Assembly: GCF_009914755.1 (NCBI RefSeq)
Contig: NC_060929.1
Source of the DNA: the human T2T-CHM13v2.0 reference genome, Homo sapiens
Direction: 5' to 3' (one strand)
Length of the DNA stretch: 64,000 nt
This document shows positions 13,928 to 30,919 of this stretch, one piece after another. The position numbers and the translations under genes were made by a program. Positions within the stretch are counted from its first letter, which is position 1; each line of letters starts with the position of its first letter. The notes beneath the pieces were generated by a model. It ran no database searches and was not told where the DNA came from. It was given only the letters and a program-made list of their open reading frames with translations.

Positions 13928-14578
13928 AGAAATTTATTTCACCAGATACCCTAGGCCAGCACTCCCAAGTTCAAACTGTCACAGATCTCTAGGGCATTGA
14001 CACAATACAGCCACATTTTTTACTAAGGCATAATACGTGTGATCTTGGCTCCAGTTCCCAAAAAGTTCCTCATTTCCATGTGAGACCTCATCAACTGGGA
14101 CTTTACTGTCCATATCATAATTAACATTTTGGTTACAACCATTTAACTTTCCCTCATCTTCCTATCTTCTTCTGAGTTCTCAAAACTCTTTCAACCCGTT
14201 CCAAAGTTGCTTCCACATTGTCAAACACCATTATTGCAATGCCCCAATCCTTGATAAGATTTTCTGTATTAGGACATTCCTGCATTGCTATAAAGAAATA
14301 TCCAAGATTGGGCAATTTAAAAAGAAAAAAAGTTTTAACTGGTTGACAGTTCCACAGACTTTACAGAAAGCATAGTGCTGGCATCTGCTTCTCCTCTAGA
14401 GAGGCCTCGGGAAGCTTATAATCATGGCAAAAGGTGAAGAGGGTGCAGGCATGCCATATGGTGAAAACAGGGACAAGTGAGAGAGAGAATGGGAGGGGGT
14501 GCCACACACTGTTAAACGACCAGATTTCACAAGAACACTCTATTGCAAAGACAGCACTGAGCCATTAGAGATCCACCC

Positions 14579-17044
<2,466 letters not shown>

Positions 17045-17158
17045 CACACCCTGTTACCCAAACACCTCCCACCAGACCCCACCTCCAGGACTGGGGATTA
17101 CAATTCAACATGAGATTTGGTAAGGGACAAATATCCAATCTATATCAATACATATGCC

Positions 17159-17224
17159 AGATAGATAGATAGATAGAGAGATAGAGAGATAGATACACAC
17201 ACATACACACACCCACATATATAT
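17159..17224. repeat. Compound (GATA)/(GA)/(CA) microsatellite
   Basis: agatagatagatagatagagagatagagagatagatacacacacatacacac. Confidence 0.85.
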
Positions 17225-17445
17225 AAATGTGATTTTTGTAAAGCTTTATAAATTAATTTTTTACTTAAAACATATATTAAAGAGTGTTTCATACCAGGGT
17301 ACATTTTTTTTAAACTGGCAGTGGAGAATAGCCTCTTTATTAACTCATGATTAACCTAACCACTCTTCTTTTAATGAAGATTTTGGTTTCCAAGATTTTG
17401 CTGTTACCAAGAAAGCAATGAATATCTCTGAAAAACATACTTAGT
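17225..17445 (-). mobile_element. Decayed L1ME 3' fragment
   Basis: ttggtttccaagattttgctgttacc...gcaatgaatatctctg. Confidence 0.4.
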
Positions 17446-19019
17446 CTATTCCCTTTATTTCAAAGACTTTGTATCCACTTATTTTTGACAGATATTAGCA
17501 TATTATTTTGTGTTCTTGCTAATAAGTCCATAATTTACAAGGACTGGTGATTACTCATTCTTTCCATGTTTACCCACAAGACATTTCCACAGCGACATGA
17601 CCATTGGTTTTCTAATGTTTTCCACCAGCCGTCTCTGCTCATTCAGATCACACCCAGAACACATCTGAAGTGGGCTGTTGTTTCATCATGTTTCCAAGCA
17701 TTAAAAACTTCGAGGTGCCCAAAAGAGCAGATCTCCTTGTAGTCTTTAGTTGCACTGGTGTCATAACATGGTTCAAATAACTGTAGGAATAATTTTCTAC
17801 TCAGGCTTCTTAACTAGCTTTATGGTTCTTTTCTCAGAAGCACATTTTTGCTTAACTCTACATTCCCTGATTGATCTTATCTCTGACCTCATGCAAAAAT
17901 ATCTTCCAAGGTCTATACACCTTGACATCAACTATGTAAATTTGATACCTAGGGTTCATTGTTTTCAGTGTAGTGTTTTGAAACATTTCTAGATCTTCAT
18001 TTTCTATTTTAGAAATGCCCCATAAGCTGTGGAGCTTTAAAAGTTATTTTTCTGCTGTATAGAATTGGTTTACAATAGAAAATGTATGGAAATATTGTAA
18101 GGAGTGTATTGTATATCAAAGTCAGACATCCACATATAAGCAGTGGGCAAGGCTGTCTGATTTCAAATTCATTTTCATGCATAAATCTGTGATGGGTGAT
18201 TTTTAACATTCACATCTGGCTTCTAAGACCTGTGTGTGAGTGGGTGAGATCAAACGTAGGTAAGGAGCAGTTTCTATTTTACTTGGAAATGTCTTCTTTA
18301 TTGACACATGTACTTTGAAGTTTGAGCGGTTACTCCATTTCTTAGGACAAAAGGATGATGAATATCACAAGTGGTTTAAGATAGAAACAGTCCTGTAGTA
18401 TTTTCATTAACCTAGTTTTCTTTGCTTTTTCCATACCTATGAAAGCTAGTTATTCCAAAGTCAGGAAAAAGAATTTAACTGATATTAAAACTCTTACACT
18501 TTAGCTTAAAAGTTTAGAGAATTAAAGGTGATGTAGTTCATCAGTAGGTTTTAAATTATTATAACTATTCTCGTTAAAAGATGTAATATAATCTATAAAA
18601 TGAAAAAAACAAATAAGGTTTTAAAAATATGTTGGATATGCAAAGCCCTGAATATTTTGAAAGTATTGCATTAAGGCTAGTAATAAACAAATATGTGAGA
18701 TTTTAAAATGCATATGGGATAATAAAAAATATTGACTATTTTTAAAATCAGAGATATCAAATATAGTTCTATAGATGTAGTTTTTCAAGATAAGATGCGA
18801 AATATATACTTATATGAATAGCTAACCAACAAAAATATACATGAAATTAAAATGTGAAATCAGTTCAAGCAGGTGAGATCATAGTTTACCCTGTTACTTA
18901 TGACTTCAGTTAAATTATATGGGGTTTTACCACTTTGCATAGAGACAGGTGATATAAATGTAAACAGATGTGCAGAAGTGAAGCCATTACATTTTTGACA
19001 TATTAAGATGCAAGTGTCT

Positions 19020-19385
19020 AAGAGTCATGAGTGTGGGTATTAATAGTAGTTGGGATCTCAGAAGAAATCAAACCTCCAAATTTTAAATATGGAGAACCAG
19101 AAGTGTCTCAGTAGGGAACCTGGGATACGTAATGCTTAGATGTTGGAGGCTGAACCAAAATCCAAATGACAAGAAGTTGGGAATTCAAAAGTGAAAGTGA
19201 TCATTATTTTCACTTGCATCAGAGAAGTCTAGAAGATCAGTGTATTCATGGAGACATTATGTTTCCATTCAAAAGTGATACATTCTTTTAGAAAGAGCAG
19301 TTTCAATGGAACAGAGAGCTCAGAGCTACATGTATTGCAATTGGTTATAAAATAGGAGTTGAGGAAATGACTGCTAGGCATAAAA
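19020..19385 (-). mobile_element. L2 fragment
   Basis: agagcagtttcaatggaacagagag...gaggaaatgactgc antisense L2-like. Confidence 0.35.
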
Positions 19386-20639
19386 TCTACTCTCAATTTT
19401 TCTTCCTTTGATCTCCTATCAGATCAGTTATTTTGTAATAAGTAAATAACTATATAGATAAAGTTGATTGATGAAAATTAAAACTAATAATAATAAATAA
19501 TTATGCTAACTTTTATAATGAGGACACAATGAGCTCAAAGAGAGACAGTTCTTTACTATAAGTACTTATGGGCATGTAGGAGAAGGCACTGAGTAGTCAA
19601 TGAATTGTACATGTGTGACAGAATTACATTGTTTGACTCCTTTTTATGGCAGTGTAACAGGGGCTTGCAAATTGACATACCGTGGATTAAATTCTATCTA
19701 CACAGTCTTGATAGAAACAATAAATTTGAATGTCATTTAAAAAGTATCATTTCTCTGGTTCACCACAGGCCATACAGCTCTCTATTATGTTACAGCTAGT
19801 TCATTCATATATTTATTTTTACTGCTTGATCCCTGTAGGTACCAGTAGGTATTTGAGTCTGAGATGGTGGAATAAGGCAGAAACACACATGATACATTCA
19901 CCTTCATCTAATACCAAATATTGCTATGGCTATCCTGGGATTTTCCCTCTAGAACCCTGCTTTATTATATGTGACTCAACTTTCTCAAGTTCTCTGTAAC
20001 TGAGATCACTAATCAATCCACCTGAAAACTCATACTCACTGAGCTACCAAATCAATATGAACATTATGTATACTACATCATGAAATAACCAGAGACCTTA
20101 TTATGATGCCATCACCTTAGACTCAGAAACCAGAGTCTCATCAATGACACATTAAGAGTAATCTGTGCCTAAAAAGAAACCTCCTCCGCTGCTCACATTG
20201 AAAGGATCCAAAAGTAGTTCACATTCCTAACTGTGATCAGCCATTATATATTATTTTTCTGTAACTATAAAATTAATATGTTCGTGTTAACTCTTGGAAG
20301 TAGTAAAACTAGAAAGATTCCAATTATCACTCATATTATCTCATCATCTAGAGCTGATTCCAATAGGATCTGATAAAATTAAGTTGAAATCTATTATACC
20401 AGAATGCTAGGAATATTTCTGAAGTGAATGTGTATACATAAAAGTGTCACCTGTTTAGCAAAATTATAGGAAGAAAGGAGCAGTATGCCTCCATTTCAGG
20501 GCAATGAGAACAGCTTACTCGGACTCTTGCATGTGTGGCATGTAAAGCACGTGCAATACCTATTCAACAGAAACAAGGATCCTTCCTAATAGTAATGGCT
20601 CATTATAATTTCAAAAGTCACATTAAATTAGGTATGCAG

Positions 20640-20980
20640 TAGAGAATTGAGCTTCACATGTTGTAGCTAGTTATCCAGTCAAGATACAGAACATTTTCAA
20701 CACCTCCCAAAATTCCTGATGTCCTCTGTAGCGCATCCCTCCCTCTCTCCAATTCTTGACCTAGGAACCACTGATGTCACAATAAATTGGCTTCCACTTA
20801 TATTACTTTATATTTTTTGAAACAGAAAGTACTTTATTTTTCTGACTATTTCATTAAGTGTAATAATTTTGAGATTCATTCATGTTGCCATATGCATGAG
20901 TAGTTCATTCTTTTTTATTGGCAATCTTTCATTAGATGTTTATACCTTATTTTGTTTAATCTTTTGATTCTTGAGCATAC
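20640..20980 (-). mobile_element. L1ME-type 3' fragment
   Basis: gtcaagatacagaacattttcaacacctcccaaaattcc...ttttgagattcattcatgttgc. Confidence 0.7.
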
Positions 20981-20981
20981 T

Positions 20982-21304
20982 TGCAATAGTTAATTTTATG
21001 CATCAATCTGAGTGGGTTAAGGGATGCTCAGATGCCTGGTAAAGCATTATTTTTAGGTGTGTCCATCAGGGTGTTTCCAGAAGAGATTAGCATGTGTATC
21101 AATAGAACGAGTAAAGGAGATCTGTTGTCACCAATATGGGTGGTCATCATCTAGACTTTTGGGGCCTCTAATAGAACAAAAAGGTGAAGGAAAGGCAAGT
21201 TCTCTCACTCTTCTTGAGCTGGGAAATCCACCTTCTCCTACACAAAGACATAGGAGCTCCTGGGTCTCAGGTGTTTGGACTTTGGGACTTATACCAGTGC
21301 CCAC
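20982..21304 (+). mobile_element. MLT2D-like ERVL LTR, 3' truncated
   Basis: gttaattttatgcatcaa...gggtgtttccagaagagattagcat...cttgagctggga...ggactttgggacttataccag. Confidence 0.8.
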
Positions 21305-21319
21305 TAGTGAATTCAGGGA

Positions 21320-21770
21320 ATAAAAAAGAGCATAACTAGAAAATACTTGTAAAAAACTAGTTATTTGAAAAATCAAACATAGTGACATATACTAGATAAT
21401 TAATCCAGAACAAAGAACACAAAATTGCACAAAATAGGAATGAATTTTACACACCTCTTTGTAAATACATTTGTAAAGCTCAAGTAAGAGAATTGTATGT
21501 TTTAACAAATTTTAAAATTTCAAAACACTAAGCTAACTTTAGAAGAGAAATAACTTAAGCCAACTATACATAATACATTAAATAGAGAACACAATGAAAA
21601 ATCTCCCACAAATATTACTTTCATCAAGGTTGTCTCACATGGAAATTCTATTAAATCTTTTAAAATATGATAATCCCAGTGCTATTAACTATTTCCAGGC
21701 ATAGAAAAAGAATGATAACTTATAAAATCATTTTATAAAGGACATGAAATATCAATCCCCAAAAACTGTT
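21320..21770 (+). mobile_element. Old L1M ORF2 remnant
   Basis: gttatttgaaaaatcaaa...gaaattctattaaatcttt...atttccaggcatagaaaaagaa. Confidence 0.55.
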
Positions 21771-21831
21771 TTGTCACAAACAACACAATATTATATAACT
21801 TGGACTATTGTTTGTAATATCGTTTAATTGA

Positions 21832-22178
21832 TGTATTAGTCCATTCTCACACTGCTATAAAGATTATAAACAAAGGAGGTTTAATTATCTTATAGTTCTG
21901 CATGGCTGAGGAGACCTCAGGAAACTTACAATCATGGCCGAAGGCTAAAGAGGCACATCTTACATGGTGGCAGACGAAAGACAGCAAGCAAGAGCAGGGA
22001 AAACTGCATTAAATAACCATCAAATCTTATAAGAACTCACTATCATAAGAACAACATGGGGGAATCTGCCCCCATGATCCAACCACTTCTCACCTAGACC
22101 CTCCCTTCACATGTGGGGATCATGGGGATTACAATTTGAGATAAGATTTGGGTGGGGACATAGAGCTAAACCATATCA
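21832..22178 (-). mobile_element. THE1D/THE1C-like solo LTR
   Basis: tgtattagtccattctcacactgctataaag...aaaccatatca; TSD attga/attgg. Confidence 0.88.
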
Positions 22179-22864
22179 ATTGGCTATATAACTTATAAAT
22201 AAATACACTAAAGTCTCTCTAGAATGTTACATTTGGTTTTCTGATTCCAGAGCTGAAGAAATTCCCAGGCTTCAAGTGGTTTAAACAAATTTGTTTCATA
22301 TTTTACTAAAAATGTGTGTTCTCAAATGGGGCAATCATAAACAAAAGTCTACACTATAAATAATATCATTTACTTGAATATGCAATACAAAATGCAAACA
22401 TCTAGGATATACCACTAAGAAAAAATAAGTAAGTGGTTCCTGTTAATGAATGACATGATAGAGAATAATAAGCCAATGCTTGCATACTTTCTATTAAATA
22501 TTATAAGGTTATTATCTTTGTTGTTACCTATGATCTTAATTACTGAAGATAACTTATGACTCATTATGATTGTACCCTAACACATTAAATGAGCCTTTCA
22601 CCAGTCAAGGGAAATTAATGTGCCTTGTTAAATTTTAAATTGATTAGTATCTATTTCTTAAATGTTAGGCATTTAAACATATTAAACATATTAATTTTAA
22701 TTTAAACATAAAATAATAATCCTAATTTCTTTTCCTGCTAACATTCATTGACACTAATAGTAAACTCTATGATTAACAAAACAAAACAAACAGTACTAAA
22801 GAAGCACTGATTATTTTGATCAATTAAAAAAACAAGATATACACAAATAACTTTAAAATATATT

Positions 22865-22947
22865 GAATTACTCTTACTAGAAGCTGCCATCGTAAAATAC
22901 CACTCACTGGATAGCTTAAAAAACAAATTTTTTTTTCACAGTTTTCA
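22865..22947 (-). mobile_element. MLT1 LTR fragment
   Basis: gctgccatcgtaaaataccactcactggatagcttaaa...tcacagtttt. Confidence 0.55.
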
Positions 22948-23727
22948 TTATCAGACAATTTCATGAAAACAAAAAATAAACAATAAAATAAAAATTAAAA
23001 AAATATGCTTTTTCTAATTAAAACTCTAAAAAATACATAGTTAAGAAAATAAGGCAAACCACAGAATTAGCAAACATGTAGCACCACTTACATCTGAATA
23101 AGTTATTGTATTCAGAATACGTTTAAAAATCTTATATATAATACTCTACTACCCCAACAAATTCACAAAATAGTATTTTATAAAATAAGACTAATGGATA
23201 ACTAAGCCTATGTGAAAACATCATTAATTATTAAAATTTAAGAGAAAACAATAGGATGCCATTTTTATGCCCTTCAAAAGTGCCAGAAAGAACAACAAAA
23301 ACATGACAATATCAAATGTTAACAACAATGAAGAACAATAGTAATTCCTACACAGCTGAGGAGAGATTGTAAAATGGAACTACACCACTCTGGAAAAGTA
23401 TGCAGCAGTTCATTAAAGATTCAAATATAAATATACACTCTAACTTTGACATTCCATGCCTAAGTATTCCACCAAGACAGAGGAAATCATATATTCCCAC
23501 ATAGATTTGGAGCCAGTTATTCATCAGAACTTGATTTACAGTAGACGGGAATTTGAATTAAATCCAACCAACGGGTGAATAGAAGTGTACTCAGTAATAC
23601 AAGTAATACACCAATGACACATACAAAAGCATGAAAGATTTTAAAAATTATTATGCTAAGTTAGAAAAATCAGACACAAAGGAATATATACTATAATATT
23701 CCATTTTTATAAAATTCTAGAAACTGC

Positions 23728-24663
23728 AATCTTAGCCTGCTTTGGCTCTGTAACAAAATATCATAAACTAGGTAGATTATAAACAACATAAATTTATTTC
23801 TCATAGTTTTGGAGGCTGGGAAGTCCAAAATCAAGGTGCTGACAGACTGTAGGTCTGGTGAAGGCCTGCTTTCTGGTTCCTTAATGGTGCCTTTTCACTG
23901 TGTCATTACCTAGAGGAAAGGGCAAGGCAGCTGTATTAGTCATGAGCCTCTAGAAGGACAGAACTAATAGGATAGATGTACATAGAAGGGGAGTTTATTA
24001 GGAGAATTGACTCACAAAGTGAGGTCCCACGGTAAGCCATCTTCAAGCCGAGTAGCAAGCAAGCCAGTCTGAGTCCCAAAACCTCAAAGGCAGGGAAGCT
24101 CACAGTGCAGCCTTCAGTCTGTGGCCAAAGGCCCAAGAGCCCCTGGCATACCATGGGTGTAACTCCAAGGGTCCAAAAGCTGGAGAACATGGAGTCTGAT
24201 GTTCAAGGGCAGGAAGTATCCAGCATGGAAGAAAGGGAGAAAAATGAAGGCTGGAATACTCAGCAAGTCAACAGCTCTTTCCACCTTCTTCTGCCTGTTT
24301 TTTCTAGCTGTGCTGGTAGCCAATTTTATGATGCCTCACACATTGTGAATAAGTCTTCCTAAAGATTCTTCCTCTCACAGTCCACTGACTCAAAAGTTAA
24401 TCTCTTCTGGCAACACCCAGAAACACCCAGATATATCCAGAAAGAATATTTTGCACCCTTCAATCCAAGTAAGTTGACACTTAATATTAACTGTCACAGC
24501 AGCTCTCTGGGAGCTCTTTTTTAAAGGCCCTAATCTCATTTGTGAGCATTTCACTCCAATGACCTAATTACCTCCCAGAGGCTCTACCTCCAAATAACCT
24601 CACAATGGGGAATGGGTTTCAATATATACATTTTAGAAATACATAAACATGCAGACTATAGCA
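23728..24663 (-). mobile_element. MLT1A0-like MaLR LTR split by MLT2A2
   Basis: tttatttctcatagttttggaggctgggaagtccaaaatcaagg...atgacctaattacctccc...cagactatagca. Confidence 0.85.
23932..24498 (-). mobile_element. MLT2A2-like HERV-L solo LTR
   Basis: tgtattagtc...ggacagaactaataggatagatg...agttgacacttaatattaactgtcaca; perfect TSD gcagc. Confidence 0.9.
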
Positions 24664-25198
24664 AACACACTTTATAATGAAATAACATTTTGGTGACTCC
24701 TTGACCTTGGGAACAGGGAAGAATATAAACTGCATGGGGGACAAAGAGAACCTTTGTGGGTGATAGCAAAATTTTGTATCTTTATTGTGGCAATGTGTTC
24801 ATAGGCATATAAACAGTCAAAACTAACCCATCATTCTTTAAACTGATACAGCTTCTTGCATATAAAATATAAACAAATAAATGTGATTTATATAAAACTT
24901 GCTTCATATGTTCCAGACAAAAGGATAGTTTTGGGAAAATGTGGTAAAGTACAATCATTGAAGTAGAATTTTAATTAACATAGTTGCTTAAAACTTTGAA
25001 CAGAAGTATTTAAGAAAAAAATTAAGACACTTAAAAAGAATGGTTTGCAGTGTAGAATTGAATAATCTCTATTATAATATTAATATTATTTTGCCTATAA
25101 TTTATTGTAACTTGTCTTTTATACTAAGATTAAACAGCATTATGAGATCTAAACACCATTTGCCCTATGCTGCTTCTAGATTCAAACACAAGATATTT

Positions 25199-25494
25199 AT
25201 TTATTTATTTATTTTGAGATGGAGTCTTGCTCTGTTGCCCAGCCTGGAGTGCAGTGGTGTGATCTCGGCTCACTGCAGCCTCTGTCTCCCAGGTTCAAGT
25301 GATTCTCCTTCCTCAGCCTCCTGAGTAGCTGGGACTACAGGCGTGTGCTACCACGTTTGGCTTATTTTTGTATTTTCAGTAGAGACAGGTTTCACCATGT
25401 TGGCCAGGATGGTCTTAATCTCCTGACCTTGTGATCCATCTGCCTCGACCTCCCAAAGTATTGAGATTACAGGCGTGAGCCACTGTGCCCAGCC
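25199..25494 (-). mobile_element. AluS (Sc-like)
   Basis: Full antisense Alu with (TTTA)n tail; TSD caaacacaagatattt/caaacacaagttattt. Confidence 0.92.
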
Positions 25495-26414
25495 ACAAAC
25501 ACAAGTTATTTTAATGAGTTGCAGATGTAATATTGCTTCATAAAGTGCCTATGCCAGTCACAGGTTTCTGAGCCCAAAATAAATTCTCAGTTATATGGAG
25601 ACTGTGTAAAGTTCTTTCTAATTTCCTATTTATCAAAACACTTATCTGTCTTACCTATTCTGACTTTATTTTGGTTGACACCATTTCTATTTTCTAAAGT
25701 GTCCAATTTATTGACTATTTTTATTGTTCAGAAGAAAAATATTAAAATGCTAAAGTGAAGGAATAGGATAATCAATGTTATCATTAAATTTGTTGGTTAT
25801 ATATTTGGATAGTATATTGATGACTTTCCATTTTGGGATAGAGGATTAACTCTAACATCATAGGAATTATTTCTAAGTAGACAAAGGCTTAGTAGAGTTA
25901 GAAAGGAAAGTGTCTTTAGTGTTCATGAAACCCAAACCCTGTATTTCAAAGTTAACAAATATTAAATGAAGCAACCCGACAATCAAATTTCATGTTTATA
26001 TATATTAACAACTAAACTATCAAAATATTATGTTTGCAATAACAAAATGAAATAATGTAGATATATACAATTCTTTAGGGATATACAATTCTCCATCTTT
26101 TGCTACAACTTTCATTACTTTTTCTTTTGTTTAGAAAAAGAGCATGAGAACAAGTAGATATTTTTAAAAGTAAAAACAAAACAAAAAACTAAGGGAAAAG
26201 TCTCTATCTGTCAAATTTGCTTTACTCACATAACATAAATGGGAGAATAAAAGAGGAGTTCACAGGTAACCCATAGTCAGCATAAGAACAAGATAATGCA
26301 CATTTTACCTGAAGAAGATTCTTAATCTTAATGTGACAGATTTTCATAATGTTTCTTATTTTTTTCAATCTTTTTACTCTCAATGACTATAAGCCAGTTT
26401 TAAGACGGGGGAGA

Positions 26415-26825
26415 AATTGCTGACCAGTACTTCTCAAGTGTCATCATGAAAGATAAAGAGAAACTGAACATTTTTTCACATGACAAAAAATTGTTCCCCA
26501 TGGGAGCAGATTAAGAACACATAACGATTGAATGCAATGTGAAATCTTGCATGTAAATGTTAGTAAAAGTAAGAAAAGTAGACTAGCAAACAACTAGTAC
26601 AGTATGGCTGAAATGTGTTGATTAGTTAATAGTTAATAATATCTGTTACTAATCAATTACTTTAACTTGATACAATATTATTTTTTTTATTGGCTAATAA
26701 TTCTATGCTTATGCAGGATGTTAAAACAATTGGGGAAGGTGAATGAAGGTATATAAAAACGTGTTCTGTTATTTCTGAAAATGTTTGATAGTCTCTATTT
26801 CAAAATGAAAAGTTATAAAATAAAA
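26415..26825 (+). mobile_element. L1MC4/5-type 3' end
   Basis: ctgaccagtacttctcaagtgtca...aatgcaatgtg...atttcaaaatgaaaagtt. Confidence 0.6.
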
Positions 26826-26928
26826 TAAAAACAAGCTGCAGATCATTTTTTACATGTGTTCTTTTTAAAGAAATTACAAATAGTGGAAAACTTTTCCAAC
26901 AACCGTATTTACAAAATCTTTTAAAATA

Positions 26929-27366
26929 CATTTTACCTTTGAACAGTGTAGGGGTTGGGAACACTGACCCCAGCACAGTCAAAAATCCATGTATAACATT
27001 TGACTCCCCAAAGATTAAATTACTAATAGCTTACAGTTAATCATAAGCCTTATCAATGACATACATAGTTAATTAACATATATTTTGTATGATATATAAA
27101 AATTCTACTGTATTCTCACAATAAAGTAGGCCAGAGAAAAGAAAATGTTATGAAAAAATAATAAGGAAGAGAAAATACATGTAGTATTCATTAAATAGAA
27201 GTGGATCATCATAAAGGTCTTTATCCTTCAGCTTTCATAATGAGTAGGCTGAGGAGGAAGAAGAGGAAGGATTGGTTTTGCTGACTCAGGGATGGCAGAG
27301 GCAGAAGAAAATTTGCATTTAAGTGGACACTTGCAGTTCAAACTCATGTTGTACAGAGTTTAAATG
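26929..27366 (-). mobile_element. Tigger2a (MER28) DNA transposon
   Basis: Decayed terminal inverted repeats, TA flanks, gaagtggatcatcataaaggtc...gagtaggctgaggaggaag body; colinear with the copy at 40983. Confidence 0.88.
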
Positions 27367-27406
27367 TACTGTTTTACTGATGATAATTTTTAAAAAGACA
27401 TAGATT

Positions 27407-27793
<387 letters not shown>

Positions 27794-29149
27794 TCACAAA
27801 TTTTGGAGAAGCTTTTTGGTCTAGTTATTAATCAGGTTTTTGCAACAATGGTATTTGAAGGTTTTGTGGTACACAGGACCCCTTACTTCACAGATGCATA
27901 CAATGAAACCTAGAGGACATCATGAAGGCAGGTCCATAAATACAACACCTTTCCAAATACTTGATCTCTTGTCTCATATTCTCACTTTTAAATTTCAGTA
28001 ATTAATTAGAACATAACTTTAACATAGGTGCACCAACTGAAGGCTGAAAGCACAAAGAGCTATTTTCAGGAAAGACTCAGAATATTTATTGCCTTCTGCA
28101 CTGTTCCGCTTTCTCTTGCTGTTGCTTTGTGAATAGAAAAAAATTTGTTTTAATGTTGCAAACATTTTAATAATATTTTCTTTAGAGGAGGAATTCCGGG
28201 ACATAGAATAGATGGAATTCATAGTCATAGGAAAAATTGGCAAGAAAAGATTCTTTATAGCTTTTGACAGCATGGGAATGAGAAATTAGAAGGAAAACAA
28301 TGATGACCAAAAAAATGCTGCTTATTATTTAGTAAACCTGGGCAGAGTGCTGCATAATTGATGCCTATGATTTAAATGTGGAAGAGGAAAATAATTCTGC
28401 CAATCCAATCTTCGCTAATTTCATCTTTTTGCTTGGCTATACTTTTAATGAATAGTTAACCTAAATTATAATCTTAGAAAAGCAGATAAATGCAAAGACC
28501 AAATGCTCTTTTTTGTGCTAAATCCATGAACCTTAGCTAAAATCCCATATCATGTAGAAAAGTGTCTATGGTAAAAAAAATGTCCCTCTGCCACTTATTT
28601 GTCCAGATAACCTGTTTACATATTTTTGGGTGGTATTTAGACAATTTTACAGGTTTTAACTTTATCTTCCCATTTTTATAATTGAAATAATTTTAATAAG
28701 AATATATATAAAGCAGATAAGATAATCATTTTTTCTCAGTGTCCATTGATTCAGTTATGTATTTTACTATTTGTATTTATTCACTTTTTACTGCTTATTT
28801 TATTTTTTCAGTTTAGAAACAGGAAAACAACACTCTTTGGATGATGTATTCAGATAATGTAACATCAGAAGCCATGATGATCTGCATAAACTTCATTATT
28901 TTATATAAATCATTTTATAATCTACAAGAAAACTTTCATTTTCAGATTATTACATAAAATTATTACACTTGCTAAATCAAGGAAACTTCTAGGTGATTTA
29001 TTCTTAAAGTTACCAATAAATTCAGTCATCAAATTAGTTCAAGATAACTTCCTAAAACTTTTCTGTGATTATTATGTCCTTATATAAGAATACCCTTGAA
29101 GTTAAATTAATAATCTCAAACATTCATAAACATTTGACAAAGATATAGC

Positions 29150-30010
29150 TTTTTAATTTTTTGGATAATGTGGATTGAGATGTAGTTTGTCCAGGTTTTA
29201 TATCCCAGAACAATCCATATTTAAGTCAAGCTTTAGAAGAAAATTAGGGAAAACTTCTTCAAGATAACATTTTGTGCCTATGGAGTCCTATGAGAATTTA
29301 GGGAAGAGATGCCTGTTTAATTTTCTTGATCAGGTTGGAATCAGGAGCACTTATTGAGGGTGAAGTTGTAGAGATATAGAGGAATCTTGAAGTCAGGGGT
29401 GACATTTTGCATTTGTTTTTCTTCAGACATTTGAACAAAATGGTAAGCAAAGTCTAAAAGGGGAATGTCAATGGTTCAAGTTATTTTGGAGATCATGACT
29501 TTGTAGTTTCCCATGTTATAGACCTGGAGTGGCCTTTTCTATCCAATTCTTCCAGTTTCTAGGTATATAAACAGGGATTCTGAATTTAAATATCAATCTG
29601 AAGAGGCTTTCTGTGAGGGTAGATTAGAGTATAAGAGATTAGACAAAAACTGGTGACAGAGAAGTTCAAATTAGAACCTGTGGTTCTGAACCTAAAGGGG
29701 CAGGAAATGTTGTTATAGAAAATGTGAGACACTTTGAAAGATAATAGCTGAGATGACAGAGAGAGAGGGTTTTAAATTTAACATACTGAAGTAGAAAACC
29801 CTTGGGTGGTTATAAGATTTATAGTGAGAAACATTGTAAAAATAACTAAAAGGGAATGGAGGTGAAAATCACTTGGGTGAAAAATAATTAAGATTAGTCA
29901 CCTAATTGTAGGGTTATCTCATTTTTTTTTTTTTTGACATTGAAAATTTATGGTACTGTTGAAGTATTTATAGTGAAAAAGAAGGAAGAGAGTTGGGGAT
30001 GAAATAACAA
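29150..30010 (-). mobile_element. Possible decayed L2
   Basis: Purine-rich phrasing typical of antisense L2; weak. Confidence 0.3.
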
Positions 30011-30016
30011 GGAGAT

Positions 30017-30396
30017 TGTATTAGTTGTTTTCACACTGCTATAAAGAACTTCGTTGAGACTGGGTAATTTATAAAGGAAACAAGTTTAATTGACTCACAG
30101 TTCTGCATGGCTGGGGAGGCCTCAGGAAACTTACAATCATGGTGGAAGGGGAAGCAGGCACCTTCTTCACAAGGTAGCAGGAGAGAGAGAAGGACAAAAG
30201 AGGAATTTCCACAGGGTTATAAAAGCACCGGATCTAGTGATAACTCATTCACTATCACAAGAACAGCTCGGGGATAAGCAGCCCCATGATCTAATCACCT
30301 CTCTCCCTTGACACGTGAAGATTACAAGTCCCTCCCACAATAGGAACACGTTGGAATTACAATTCGAGATGAGATTTGCAGAGCCAAAATTTATCA
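30017..30396 (-). mobile_element. THE1D-like solo LTR
   Basis: tgtattagtt...ggaggcctcaggaaacttacaatcatgg...ttatca; TSD gagat/gaaat. Confidence 0.88.
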
Positions 30397-30919
30397 GAAA
30401 TCAAAAGCGTTTTAACCTGGGAAAAAAATATGTTATTTTATCCTTAAAAGGACATAAGACATTTCTAGAGAAGGCTGAAATAGTATCATTTTGAAAACGC
30501 AAGTGATAAACCGTGGGAAGTTATAGGCCTTCTTCGGTGAAATCAAGATGACACAGGGTAGAATGTGTAGTTTAAAATTAGGTAAACTACATGAAAATAA
30601 GATGAACCTTCAGAAAATTCTAGGATTCAGCTAAGTAGCTGGCACTTACGATACTCTAGGTAAAAATAATACTTTGGTTGTATTTACAATTGAATAAAGT
30701 TAACAGTGGGGATAGCATGGTAAGTTATAGGTGGAACCTATTTATATTATAAACCAATTACACTTAATCTTCCAAAGGAATAATATATTTCTTATACAAC
30801 TAAATGATTTTGTACATCCAAATAAAAAAATTATGCTAGAAAGGTAGAAAGAGAATATTGGGAGCCTTCATTTGATAGAAAAGTAATGTTTCCAATCAAG
30901 TTGTAGAGTGGACACAGAT

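Larger units (their letters stand above)
22990..24890 (+). mobile_element. L1ME/L1MD 3' region interrupted by MLT1A
   Basis: gacaatatcaaatgtt...accactctggaaaag...attatgctaag...aaaattctagaaactgcaa; resumes 24664 to caaataaatgtg. Confidence 0.75.
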
